From Octopus sinensis (taxonomy: Eukaryota): a DNA stretch of 64,000 bases. The stretch lies in assembly GCF_006345805.1 (NCBI RefSeq), contig NC_043018.1, positions 19,840,001 to 19,904,000 of the forward strand, given 5' to 3'. Shown in pieces: positions 50,756-63,925 of the stretch. Every line of letters starts with the position of its first letter. Position 1 is the first letter of the stretch. A program made the translations under genes and the position numbers. The notes under the pieces are model-generated. The model searched no databases. It had not been told where the DNA came from and was given only the letters and a program-made list of their open reading frames with translations.

Positions 50756-51547
50756 TTTTACTTGCTACAAAACTATAGCTTGAACAGCCTTGTAGCTCTT
50801 TCAACACTATGTCTACTCTAACAAACACAGCGTGACTTTAACCACCATAGTACAAAAAAAGAAACTGGTCCTGTAACCACATCATTGCTGTAATTACTAG
50901 AGAATTATTGTTGCTACTACAGCACTATATCTAGTATCGTTCTATAATTTATACTGTAGCTACTACAATACTATTTCTATGATAGCACTATAACACATAT
51001 AGTACTATTGAAAACTGCAGCACTGGTATAGCTGATATCATACTATATCTACTATAGTACTATAATATATACTGTACTATTACAGCTACTATATGTCATT
51101 ACTATTACATTTGAGAACATTTTTATTAAGTGTGTCTTTCCATGTTGCTTCTTTTCTCTATTGACGGTTCCTGTGTATTTCTTGTTGAGAAGCTTTTGAT
51201 ATAAAAATTTACTGAAATGAATAGAAAAAAAAAAAGAGATCAATTTGGGTATTTGATTGTCTAAACCATCTCTCCCACACTGACTGAAAGGAGTTGGTTT
51301 CACTCTAAACGTTGTGTTAGGAACTTGAGATGATTGAAACAGCCATTAAAAAACAAAAACAAAAGCATAATAAAATAGAAAACTCTAGAAAACTCTGGCA
51401 GTAATTTTGTTCGTTCATTGTGGTCATTAAACATCAGGGAAAGATGAGTAGAGGAAGCTGCTGTTGAGAATATAGAAATTCATGACGGAAGCTTTAGTGA
51501 ATGTTGCAATGTGTTACAACTAGCGTGCAGTGCAGTGCATTGAATTA

Positions 51548-51660
51548 TTATGCAATTATGCACTTCCGTCCTTTTTTTTTTTTAGGTTTTGGTTTTGCAC
51601 TCTCCATCTGCGAATCTGATTGGCTGTTGCCTGCGATACCTCACTGGCTCACTCACCGAT
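51548..51660. promoter_or_regulatory. Possible regulatory cluster (CCAAT/NF-Y and ETS-like motifs)
   Basis: CTGATTGGCTG at 51616-51626, ACTTCCG at 51562-51568 and TTATGCAA near 51549, in non-repetitive DNA. Motif match only. Confidence 0.2.
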
Positions 51661-52460
51661 TCTTTCCTCGTTGCTTCATTGGTGTGCAGGTTGAAAAGTG
51701 AGACTGTTGGATGAGGTGGGATAGAACAAGATGGGGCTGGAGTGTGAGGAGATGGAATAGGGTGGGAGATGAGGTGAGATAAAATGGGATATGGTGAGGC
51801 GGGATAAAATAACAAGGAGAGGTGTATTTTGATATATGCATGTATATATATATATATATATGCAGAAGAAAGAACTCAATACTGGAAAATAGAGCAAAGG
51901 AGATGCTAATACTGCCTGACACTAGTTCAATACTGAATTAAAAAGATCTGAACCCATCACACATTATATTCACAAGCCAAAGTACATACTTGAGCACTTC
52001 AAAACCAACTAACATGATATCCCCTACAACATGTACACCCTACAACCTATATTTTATATTACATGTTTTAACACCAACCGACCCTTTCCTCTGTTCTATT
52101 TTAAAATACCCATGGCCTGCGTGTCAGATTTTGCATAAGATGGTTAGACCTGAATGTCCTTCTCTAAACATCTTTGCAGTTCTTACTTGTTCCAGATTCT
52201 TAGCCTCCTAGCTTTCTCATTATTACATAGAATTCAGTTGTTATTTGCCATAGAACAACAAGAATTATATAAGTTTTCTCTATATAAATATTATTTCATT
52301 ATATAAATGATATTATATAAATATTAATTTATAATTATGTAAACATTAGCATTTACATATTTATGCAATTATGATAATGTTCCAATGCTTATATAAACTT
52401 TACAGTCTTTGTCTTTATGTTTTTAACAGTAGTATGTGCATGTGTGTGTATATACATATA

Positions 52461-52496
<36 letters not shown>

Positions 52497-52604
52497 CACA
52501 TACATATGCACACATATGTACATATATGTACACACACACATATTCATATATATAAGTACACATATATGCATATATATATGTGTGTATTTATGTGTTTGTG
52601 TGTG

Positions 52605-52647
<43 letters not shown>

Positions 52648-52665
52648 TTATATATATATATATAA

Positions 52666-52700
<35 letters not shown>

Positions 52701-52786
52701 CATCTTTGCTGCTAATGATGCTGACATATAATATTAACATCATTAATATGAAATATATATTCATAAGAGAAATTTATATATATATA

Positions 52787-53210
52787 GGCGCAGGAATGGC
52801 TGTGTGGTAAGTAGCTTACTTACCAACCACATGGTTCTGGGTTCATTCCCACTGCATGGCACCTTGGGCAAGTGTCTTCTACTATAGCCTCGGGCTGACC
52901 AAAGCCTTGTGAGTGGATTTGGTAGACAGAAACTGAAAGAAGCCTTTCGTTTATATATATATATATGTATGTATATGTATGTATGTGTGTGCATATGTTT
53001 GTGTTTCTGTGTTTTTCTCCCCCACAACATCACTTGACAACCGATGGCGGTGTGTTTACATCTCCGTAACTTAGCAGTTCGGCAAAAGAGACCGATAGAA
53101 TAAGTACTAGGCTTCCAAAGAATAAGTCCTGGGGTCGATTTGCTTGACTAAAGGTGGTGCTCCAGCATGGCCGCAGTCAAACGACTGAAACAAGTAAAAG
53201 AGTAAAAGAG
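52787..53210 (+). mobile_element. SINE family A, full length
   Basis: Matches consensus. Confidence 0.9.
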
Positions 53211-53798
53211 AACATATATATATATAAAAACCTATCTATCTATCTATCTATCTCTCTATCTATCTATCCATCTATCCATATATAGTTCTCTCTCTTTCTT
53301 TCTCTCTAATCTAATATGCAGTATATAAACTCTATTCAGAAGTGTATGTATACAATGGGTTATAAATCCAAGTTGTGTGTGTATGTGTGTCACAAGTTGT
53401 AGGCCATAGTTTTCCATTTCAGTTGCTGAAATTTTGTATAGATGCACATCTTTTCGAGGCAAATGTCGTAGGTCAGTCGAATTTTAGATTTTCCTTTCTT
53501 TTACCTTTTCTTCATTTCTTACCTTCTTTCGCTCACTTTTTCTTGTTTTCTTTCTTTCCTTTATCTCTGCATATTTCTATGAGACTCGTCTTGATTCGTC
53601 TCCCAAATTACTTGGTTGCAACGATTCTGCGATAAATGCCATTCCTCGACCAACAGACAATTGCTAATACATTTTCAGATAAAAAAAAAAAACGCAACCC
53701 ACCCAGCCACTACAAATGGCAAAGTCTTGTGACTGTATGTATTTTATGGATCAATAAATACAAGTCTATGTTGGGTACTGCTTTGAGAATTTAACATA

Positions 53799-54018
53799 GA
53801 CAAGGGGTGCTGAAAATTTGTTGGCTTTCAGGGTGTTGTGAAAGGCCTAGCTGGAGGCCCAACCTTCCAAGTTCTTTAAACAGGGCTTAGAATAACTGAA
53901 AGGTCCTTGCAATAAGTGTGTGAATCTGAGAGGGGAATATATTGCATAACACCATAATAATCTGCTCCTCATGTAGTTTCTTTTACCCAAAGCCAGGTAC
54001 TTTTCAGCAACCCCTCAT
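53799..54018. mobile_element. Mariner-type MITE
   Basis: TIRs aggggtgctgaaaa / ttttcagcaacccct; relative of 30825-31191. Confidence 0.65.
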
Positions 54019-55178
54019 CCATCCATCCATCCATCCATCCATCCATCCATCCATCCATCCATCCACCCACCCACCCACCCACACACCTGATTATTTAATG
54101 ACAAGAAATTAGAAATATTGTTGTATTTCGAGATGGTCATTTTATTTATTATTTTTTGTCAAATAAACACAAATAAACACACACACTATATATACAGGGG
54201 TTACTGGCATCGGTCACAAACGGTTGGTGCTTTTTGCATGCCACCAGTACAAGAGCCAATCAGGCAAACCTGGCATTGACCACGTTCGGATGGTGCTTTT
54301 TACATGCGATCAGCAGGGGAGCCACTCAGGGAGCACCGGCTCCAGCTAAGATATGGGTTTTACTTGAACACATTGGCTTAGAGGTTAGGCATTCAGCTCA
54401 TGATTGTAAGGTCACGAGTTCAATTCCTAGTAACATATTGTGTCCTTGAGCAAGGTACTTTATTTCACATTGCTTCATTCCACTCGGCTGGCAAAAATGA
54501 GTTGTACCTGCGATTCAAAGGGGCCAGCCTTATCACAATCTGTGTCATGCAGAATCTCCCTGAGAACTACATTAAGGTTACACGTGTCTGTTGAGTTCTT
54601 AGCCAATTAGACTTTACCTTCATGAGCAGGCTGTTCCGTTGAATTGGGTCAACTGGAACCCTCATCGTTGTAACCGACAGAGTGCCAGTTTTTTGACATG
54701 TATACATATTTTGTTTAACAAACCCAGGCAGTTTTATCTATTTATTTGAATCATTGTCTCCATATCTGCCCACCTGGATTCTTATAACCATTCTTTACCC
54801 TGCAGACTGGATCCTCGCTAAAGATACCGGAGTTTAGTTTAAATCCTTTGAGGAATATGAAGTTTTTTCGATATTGAGAATCTCTGGATTTCATTTGTTT
54901 ATTATGTCATGGCAGATCCTGGTGTTACACAACTGGCACCTGAGCCAGTGGCATGTAAAAGCACCCATTACACTCTGTAAAGTGGTTGGCATTAGAAAGG
55001 GCATCCAGCTGTAGAAACCATGCCAAATCAGACTGGAATCTGGTGCAACCCCTCAGCTTACCAGCTCTGGTTAAACCATCCAACCCATGCCAGCATGGAA
55101 AGCACACGTGTTAAATGATGACAATAAGCATCACACACGCATGCACACGTGTGGGTATGTGTGTATAGTTGTTGCATA

Positions 55179-55597
55179 CTCTTTACTCTTTTACTTGTTT
55201 CAGTCATTTGACTGCAGCCATACTGGAGCACCACCTTTAGTCGAGCAAATCGACCCCGGGACTTCTTATTGTTTGTAAGCCCAGTACTTATTCTATCGGT
55301 CTCTTTTGCCGAACCGCTAAGTGACGGTGACGTAAACACACCAGCATCAATTGTCAAGCAATGCTAGAGGGACAAACATAGAACACACAAACGTATACAT
55401 ACACATACATATATATATATATATACATATATACGACAGGCTTCTTTCAGTTTCCGTCTACCAAATCCACTCACAAGGCATTGGTCGGCCCGAGGCTATA
55501 GCAGAAGACACTTGCCCAAGATGCCACGCAGTGGGACTGAACCCGGAACCATGTGGTCGGTTAGCAAGCTACTTACCACACAGCCACTCCTGCACCT
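55179..55597 (-). mobile_element. SINE family A, full length
   Basis: Matches consensus. Confidence 0.9.
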
Positions 55598-56151
55598 ATA
55601 TTGTATACAAGACAACATTTTCCACAATAAATTCGCTGAAAGCGCAGGAATGAGGTGAAACGGTGCACTGTATTTGTTGTCGTTAGTTTTACACACTGGT
55701 GGCAGCATAAAATGAAAAATTAGCAACAATTATTAATGTCCTTAAGAAGATAGGAAGTCAATTAAGATACAAGTTAATTAGCAATTATTTTGTACGGTAA
55801 TATTTGATTAACATTTTAATAAAATATATCTGTTTCTATAACAATTTTATTTGCGTCACTGCGTGAGTGTGTGTACATATGTTGTGTGTATGTGTGTGTG
55901 TGTGTGTGTGTGCATGTGTGTGCACACGTGTGCATGTGCATATGTGTGTTATGTGTGTTTGTAGAAGGTGGTATTAATTCTGTTGCCGGATCTAAATGAC
56001 TGTCTGTCTTGAATATTTTATATATACATCATCATCCATCATCATCACCACCACAACCACCACCATCACCAATCCCATCATCATCATAATCATCCTCATC
56101 ATACCATTATCATCATCATCACTGCTGCTCCTCTCCTTCTATTAAGCAGCT

Positions 56152-56378
56152 AGCTGGCAGAAACGTTAGCACACCGGGCGAAATGCGTAGCCGTATTTCG
56201 TCTGCCGTTATGTTCTGAGCTCAAATTCTGCCGAGATCGACTTTGCCTTTCATCCTTTCAGGGTCGATAAATTAAGTACCAGTTACGCACTGGGGTCGAT
56301 GTAATTGACTTAATCCGTTTGTCTGTCCTTGTTTGTCCTCTCTGTGTTTAGCCCCTTGTGGGTAGTAAAGAAATAGGT
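56152..56378 (+). mobile_element. SINE family B
   Basis: Matches consensus. A 3'-only fragment recurs at 56612-56676. Confidence 0.85.
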
Positions 56379-56602
56379 ATAATTACCAACACAGGAACAT
56401 GTATCATGCATCAAAATGAAGCTGGTCCTCTGTGGATCACATCCCTACTTCTCAACATAGTCTCTATTTCTCTCAATAGCAATGTTCCACCTTCGAATGA
56501 GAGCATGTATCTCTGCCCCGCAAAACTCTGTTGACTGTTCTTTGAGCCACTTCTTCACTACAGTTTTCACTTCCTCGTCACTGGAATAATTTAGTGCCTT
56601 CA
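56379..56602 (-). pseudogene. Mariner transposase C-terminal fragment
   Basis: KALNYSSDEEVKTVVKKWLKEQSTEFCGAEIHALIRRWNIAIERNRDYVEK*; same family as 50514-50755. Confidence 0.85.
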
Positions 56603-57150
56603 GACTATCTTATTCCGTTTGTCTGTCCTTGTTTGTCCCCTCTATGTTTCGCCCCTTGTGGGCAGTAAAGAAATAATTATCATCATGATGACCATCACCA
56701 TCACCATCATCGTTATCATGTTTAACATCAGTTTTCCATACTGATGCAGCTTGGATGGTTCAACTGCAACTAAGAAGCCAGAGGGTTCCATTAAGCGCCA
56801 GTGTCTGCTTTTTGGAATGGTTTCTACTGCTGGATGTCGTTTCTAATAGCAACCACTTTACTGAGTGTACTGGGTGCTTCTTTCTTCCTTTTCTTTTTTT
56901 TCCTGACTCTAGCACAAGTGAGGTCAGTAAGTAGCTCTCGAGACGAGACCCCTTCACTTGAGGGAAAGTGTGTTATTGACGGAAATACCTATATTCCAAA
57001 TGTTGAGGGGCCAAAATATGATAGGAGAGGAGCAGCAGTTTTTGTGGAAAAAAGGCACTTAGCTCCCTGCAGATAAAAAGTTTAAGGTACAAGATGAATA
57101 TAAGGATAGAAGAATAAGGATAGCGGAATTCAAAGGGTGGGTAGGTAGGT

Positions 57151-57386
57151 AAGGTGGCGAGCTGGCAGAAACGTTAGAATGCCGGGTGAAATGCTAAGCG
57201 GTATTTCGTCTGCTGCTATGTTCTGATTTCAAATTCCACCGAGGTCGACTTTGCCTTTCACCCTTTCGGGGTTGATTAAATAAGTACCAGTTACGCACTG
57301 GAGTCGATGTAATCGACTTAATCTGTGTGTCTGTCCTTGTTTGTCCTCTCTGTGTTTAGCCCCTTGTGGGTAGTAAAGAAATAGGT
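57151..57386 (+). mobile_element. SINE family B, full length
   Basis: Matches consensus. Confidence 0.85.
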
Positions 57387-57839
57387 AAGTTTGTAAGAAT
57401 GACCAATGGTTGGAAATGGGGACAGAAGTGGACAGAGGGAATTGTAGTTCAAGGCATGGTCATTGGTGCATTTAAGCTTGGCGGCAAAGTGCAGGAACGG
57501 GACAGTTTGATATATATATATATATCTTTTACTGGTTTCAGTCATTGGACTGCGGCCATGTATAGGCACCGCTATGGGGGAAATTTTAATCAAATGAATT
57601 GCCTCTGGTACTTATTTTCTTTTCAAGCCTGGTATTAATTCTATCGGACTGTTTTGCCAAACTGCTAAGTTGCGGGGATGTAAACACACCAACGTCAGTT
57701 GTCAAATGGTGGTGGTGTGTGTGTGGGGGGGGGCGCAAATAGACACACATACACAGCAGCTTTCTTTCAGTTTCTGTCTACCAAATATGGAACCATGTGG
57801 TTGGGAAGCAAACTTCTTATTACACAGCTATGCCTGCAC

Positions 57840-57881
<42 letters not shown>

Positions 57882-59024
57882 TTTTATTTGTTTCAATCAT
57901 TTGACTGAGGCCATACTGGAGCACCACCTTATATATATATTTTGTCCCATTCATGTCAGCATGGAAGGCGGGCGTCAAATGATGATGATGATATATATGT
58001 GTGGTGTGTGTGTGTGTGTGTGTATAAAACTGTTCTAAATTTTGATTGGTCCCACTGAGTGACCTGTAGAGGTCACTGTACTTTTCTAACCTATTTTCTT
58101 GACCTTATATCAATGTTATGTGTTTTTGTTGATATTCTTTCGTCTCAAAGATGATCTTCATAATCTCGGATTCTTTGCTTCTCTGTGTTTGGAATTTCAC
58201 AAACTTCATTTCATTCCACTTTTATATCTGTTCCCTTTATGCTGACATGAGTCGGGCAAGACATTTCGAGGCTGTACTTCATATGAGGTCAACGGAAACC
58301 TTTAGAATTCTTCAAGAATGGTTTCCTATCAGGTTCCAAGAGACATTTGCTAAAAATCAGCACTGACTTTAGTGAATGGAAGCAGATGGACATAGACTGG
58401 CTTGCAGCTGTCAGCACAGGAAATAAAAACTACCCTCCCATAATTTTTTTTTTACTATTTTTGGCAGTTCTTCCAGAAAGGGGCAACAATAATAATGTCT
58501 TGCTACTCTGTTCTTTGGTGCTATAGTTAAGAGAATACATGTCTACGGAAGATTTTGCTCTTTTGAAGAGAATCTTTGCTTTGTTCCTTGTTTTGTGGGG
58601 TAGTTTGGTTTCCTTTTTTCTCTATCCATTTTTTCTTTCTTTCTTTTTTTTTGCACACACACATATATATTTATCTTGGGGGAACCAAAATGATTCATGA
58701 TATTCTTATATTGCATTTAAAGCACCAGATGGCAGCATTCCAATATTCTAAGGTTCTGTCAATTCCTTTCATTTCCATTCTATGCTATCCTCCACATTTA
58801 CCTTGTTTCTTTGAAATATCTTCCATCTTGCTTGTAGATAAATATTTTTCTTTTGTCCCTCATCTTTCAGACAGGAAATTAAGATCTTCAACAAATAGAA
58901 TTCACCAAAATTCTATCAAAGGTTTTAACTTTGTATTTTTTTACATTTGTTTTTGGCCTTTTTTAAAAAAAAAAATCTTGCATTTTTGCTTTCTATAACA
59001 TACATATATGTATGTGTGTTTTTA

Positions 59025-59061
<37 letters not shown>

Positions 59062-59070
<9 letters not shown>

Positions 59071-59345
59071 ATTGGTGAATTGAAGAAATGGAGCTGAACG
59101 TAGATTGAACAGAAATCGTTTTATTTCATTCTACACGTGTTTCGAAAGGCACAAATTACCAAAATCCGATTGAATAATGGGACCATATTGTGTCTTTCTC
59201 TTCAGGAAGAGAAAGACACAATATGGTCCCATTATTCAATCGGATTTTGGTAATTTGTGCCTTTCGAAACACGTGTAGAATGAAATAAAACGATTTCTGT
59301 TCAATCTACGTTCAGCTCCATTTCTTCAATCACCATAATGTTTTA
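59062..59345. repeat. 284-bp palindrome (125-bp perfect arms, 2-nt loop), putative Penelope-like origin
   Basis: 59079-59203 is the exact reverse complement of 59206-59330; the outer extension has two 1-nt indels. Confidence 0.95.
59129..59208 (-). ncRNA. Type I hammerhead ribozyme motif (PLE-type, short stems I and III)
   Basis: TTC-CTGAAGA-GAAAGACACAA...TTGTGCCTTTC-GAAA-C-ACGT-G-TA-GAA. Stem II is 10/11 paired, stem III is the palindrome ACACGTGT, the cleavage triplet is GUA, and stem I is TTC/GAA. Activity untested. Confidence 0.6.
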
Positions 59346-59492
59346 ATTTCAATTATCCGCACCAACGCACGGTTGCAACGCCAGATGGTTGTACCTCCAA
59401 CCGTGCTGTTCACTGCTGTGATTTTTGCTACTAAGGTATCGGTTTAAACTTTTGATTAATCTACTACAAGATTATTCATCTTTCTATTTCAC

Positions 59493-59548
<56 letters not shown>

Positions 59549-59776
59549 TGTGCATGTGTGTATGTGTTTTAAATATGTGTGTGTATACATACATACATGT
59601 GTGTGTGGTCTATGCAAATGCATATTTTTATATATATGTGTATATATTTAAATATAAATATATATGTGTGTGTGTGTTTTTTTTTTTGTCTGTCAGAGAA
59701 ATGTTAGCATAAAGGAACTTAAAGTATATTTTGATGCCAAAAAATAATGAATAAATAAAGATAAAGGAATTGTAAT

Positions 59777-59812
<36 letters not shown>

Positions 59813-60269
59813 AATATAATAATAATAATAATAATATAATAAATGCTTTACTTGAATTTAAAATTTATGAAACCCAGATATTTAAATAAGATTTTTTTTT
59901 TTCTGTAAGCAGATGAAATTAAATCAAAACTGTTTCTGAAAGACAACAGCAGCAACAACAACAACAACAACAATAATATCTTTTATCATATTTGAGCAAC
60001 TTTTGCTTTTTTTGAAAGCAAAAAGTGGAAAAGAAAATATTGGACTTTTATCTTAAGTCTCTCATCATTATCTATAAAATAATTGCTACATTTATTTCTG
60101 CTACATGGGCACAGGCATGGCTGTGTGGTAAGGAGCTTGCTTCCCAACCTCATTGCTTCTAGGTTTAGTCGCACTAAACCTTTTAAAATAGGCTCAGGTT
60201 GACCAAAGCCTTGCGAGTGGATTTGGTTGTTGGAAACTGAAAGAAGCCCATCATACATACATATATATA

Positions 60270-60460
60270 GGGAGAGTTTACGAAAAAAACAAAAGATGAA
60301 GACAGGTGGTGTACAAAACAAACAGATGTATTAGTATAATGCTCAGGAATAGAAAAAGTCTTTTACGTTTCGAGCCTACGCTCTTCTACAGAAAGGGACA
60401 CAGAAAAAATAAGGAGAGAAAAAAATGTGTGTAGTGGCTAATGCTCTATCATGGCGACTG
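60270..60460 (-). mobile_element. Second copy of the (TA)n-embedded element with minimal hammerhead-like motif
   Basis: Reverse complement of 28929-29121; motif at 60360-60395. Confidence 0.6.
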
Positions 60461-60503
60461 CCAGACCATATATATATATACTCGTTATATACATATATAT
60501 ATA

Positions 60504-61042
60504 CTAGTTTAAAAGCCACACTCTGTGCTGACTCTTAGGTTAGCTCCTGTGGATGGCTGATTGAGCCTGTGGCCCGAATCTAAGGAGAGCTAAATGTCAA
60601 TGATACATCTATAATGACTATATGCCCCAGTGGTGTTTGATCTGAAGTTAAGGACGGATGAGAATTAATTCTGTAATGCAATCATTCTATGGTTCCAGTC
60701 CCAAGTTGAATTCCAACTGTTGGTCAATTTGTCCAAAAGTTTTTATCGTGACATAAAATTAACGAAGCGAATATCATTTATTTCTCCCTTGATCTTCGAC
60801 ATCATCTGACAAGGTCCAACCAAGATGGCATGAATCAGCCAAGCTTTACCTGCTGGAAGTAGCCACCCAAATGCTTTAAAATCCGATCCCAATGCTAGAT
60901 GTTCAAGAACCAAATGAAGGGCAGATTTCCAATCCCAGGCTCATCCTGATTTCAAGAAGATAAATCATGCTGAGTAAATGTTGACTGAGATACAGGGGTC
61001 CCAGACGGACGGACAGACAGAATTCGCTTTTATTATTATAGA
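60504..61042 (-). mobile_element. Non-autonomous Helitron, subfamily 3
   Basis: Minus strand A|TC-tataataataaaagcgaattctgtctgtccgtccg ... CTAG|T; small CACA-gag-TGTG hairpin near the 3' end. Confidence 0.6.
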
Positions 61043-61769
61043 TATACATATATTAATATGTGTATGTGTATGTACTTAACAACCAATGTTGGTGTGTTTA
61101 CATCCCCTTAACTTTGCAGTTTGGCAGAAAAGACTGATAGAATAAGTACCAGGCCTTTAAAATACTAAGTCCTGGGGCCGATTCGTGTGGCTAGAAAATT
61201 CTTCAAGTTGGTGCCCCAGCATGGTCACGGTCAAATGACTGAAACAAGTGAAAGCTAAAAGATACTTGCCTGATAATATGAAAGATAGTTTGTTTTTGCT
61301 TTTGGTTTGTTTTTTTTTTCTTTTTGTGGTGCCTTGTGGTTAGGGTGTTATATTCACAATTGCGAGATCATGGTTTCAATTCCTAGACCGGGTGGTGCGT
61401 TGCATTCTTGAGCAAAACCCTTTTATCTCACGTTGCTCTGCGATCACGTTGAAACCTGATGCATGGTACACTTGTGCACCTGTTCAGACAACATCGATTT
61501 GATGGGGAGAGAGAGAGAGAGAGAGAGGGAGAGAGTTAATGTCCGGTATGAACATTTGATCACCATAAACAAATCATTTGTCGTTTTGCAAAAGCTGAAC
61601 GCGCATATGTCGTCTTCAACGGGAGAGTCCATTATGTTATACAAAATTGATAACATATATCATAATCATCATCATCATCATCATCATCATTGACATGTAC
61701 AACACAACAACAACAACAACAGCAACTTCTGCATCATACTTGGCATTATATCTAAATCCCAAGTCTTCT

Positions 61770-62165
61770 CTCTTTCTCTCCCCCCACTCTCCTCCCCATC
61801 TCTCATCCTCCTCCTACACCTCACCATCTTCCCACCCTCTCTCCTCCATGTTCCTTCTTCCCTCTTCTGCATCTCACCTCTTCCTTCCCACATTCTTCCA
61901 CTTCTCTCCCTTCCCCTCTCTCTTCTCCCTCAACTCCCACCTCTCCTCTTCCCCTCTCTCTCCCCTCTTCCTCCTCCTACTGCCCTCTCCTCTATAATAT
62001 TTTCATGACTCCCCTAACATGCATATAATTGTACCTCCACCCTCCACTCTCTCCATTTTCCTCAACCTTTCTTCCTCCTGCAGAAAACCTTCTGGCTGTT
62101 TCTAAACCATCTCCCCTCTCTCTCTCTATCTTTCACTCTCTCTCTCCCTCCCACTCCAACACCTT
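61770..62165. repeat. CT-rich low-complexity tract
   Basis: Direct reading. Confidence 0.85.
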
Positions 62166-62814
62166 CATGCCACTCCTTCAAGATTCCCCATCACCCCTCA
62201 TCTTCTCCATGTCAAAGGTCAACCGAGAGAAAAAAAAACCAGCAAGGGTTTTGTACTTACTGATGTTCCAATTACCATCAGTTACCATGGCAATTTATTC
62301 CCAATAGTTTCAGATCCTCCTTTCATCAAACGCCCCCCTCCTGCACCTACTACTCCTGTCCCTCCCTTATGCTTTCATTATAATTATTGAACAAATAAGG
62401 GGTCATCTTGTCCTAAACATTTCATTGATCTCCAATTCAGTATAGTTCCACTGCACACCATGTATTTTTCCTTCTGTATTATTTCCAAGGCCCTTCCTTT
62501 GCAATTGATATTGACCCCAACACCACAACTGCCACCACCAACCACCACCCCTCTAGCTGGTTATAAGTACCTGATGTTATCTGGGATTCACTGTTGTTCT
62601 TGGCTCAAAAAGACATAACCCTTATTTACTTAATTCACCTAAAAAAAAAAACATTTGAAAGGATATTTATGTGGTGCTTGGATATGCTAGAAATAGTAGC
62701 CAATCTCTTTGAAATCACACCCTACTATCTAAAAGAAAAAAAAAACCTTCGCAAGATGGATATGAGGTCACTACAGTTTAATGTGGTTTGTAGTCATGTG
62801 ATGAGCTTAATATA

Positions 62815-63182
62815 AGTGGTTAGGGCAGCGGACTCGCGGTCATAGGATCGCTGTTTCGATTCCCAGACCGGGCGTTGTGAGTGTTTATTGAGCGAAAACA
62901 CCTAAAGCTCCACGAGGCTCTGGCAGGGGATGGTGGTGATCCCTGCTGTACTCTTTCACCACAACTTTCTCTCACTCTTACTTCCTGTTTCTGTTGTACC
63001 TGTATTTCAAAGGGCCGGCCTTGTCACTCTCTGTGTCACGCTGAATATCCCCGAGAACTACGTTAAGGGTGCATGTGTCTGTGGAGTGCTTAGCCACTTA
63101 CATGTTAATTTCACGAGCAGGCTGTTCCGTTGATTCGGATCAACCAGAACCCTCGTCGTCGTAACTGACGGAGTGCTTCCAC
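62815..63182 (+). mobile_element. SINE family C (5' few bases missing)
   Basis: Matches consensus. Confidence 0.9.
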
Positions 63183-63465
63183 TCCACCCATAAGTGGATG
63201 ATTAGTTTCCTTCTCTAAGACTGAGTTTGGGGTCCTAGTGCCACTGAGTAACCCCCCAAGCCACCCAAAGTTTATCGGGAGTGGGTTTGATTGAGTGAAA
63301 CTGAAAGAAGCTTGACATCATCATCGTCATCGTCATTTAATGTCTGTTTTCCATTCTGGCATGGGTTGGATGGTTTGACAAGAACCAACGAACCAGGAGA
63401 CTACATCAAGCTCCAGTGTCTGCTTTGACATGGATTTCTACTGCTGGACATATCCTTCTTTACAT

Positions 63466-63510
<45 letters not shown>

Positions 63511-63894
63511 TCATCATCATCATCATCGTTTAACGTCCGTTTTCCGCGCTAGCACGGGTTGGATGGTTCGACCAGGGTCTGGGAAGCCAGGAGGCTGCCC
63601 CAGGCTCCAGTCTGATCTGGCAGTGTTTCTACAGCTGGATGCCCTTCCTAACGCCAACTACTCTGCGAGTGTAGTGGGTGCTTTTTATGTGCTACCAGCA
63701 CAGGTGCCAGGGAAGTCTGGCAGTGGCCACGATCGGTTGGTGCTTAAATCTGGATATATGAAACGATCGTAGTGTTATACTAATTATCTTTTTTAATAAT
63801 TTTTAAATAATATAAATTAATTGATCTTATGTATTGGCTTAAATTTTTCATTGTATGATTTGCCTAATAGTGGTTTTACTCTAATTTAATATAA

Positions 63895-63925
<31 letters not shown>

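Noticed and set aside
50514-56602. Two inverted mariner ends as one 6-kb composite transposon
   Set aside because: Both are 3' fragments. They point toward each other rather than outward, and the second is truncated by a SINE before its TIR.
62230-62520. Possible degenerate L2/CR1 3' fragment on the minus strand (GNKLP)
   Set aside because: Only a few residues match amid many stops; insufficient support.
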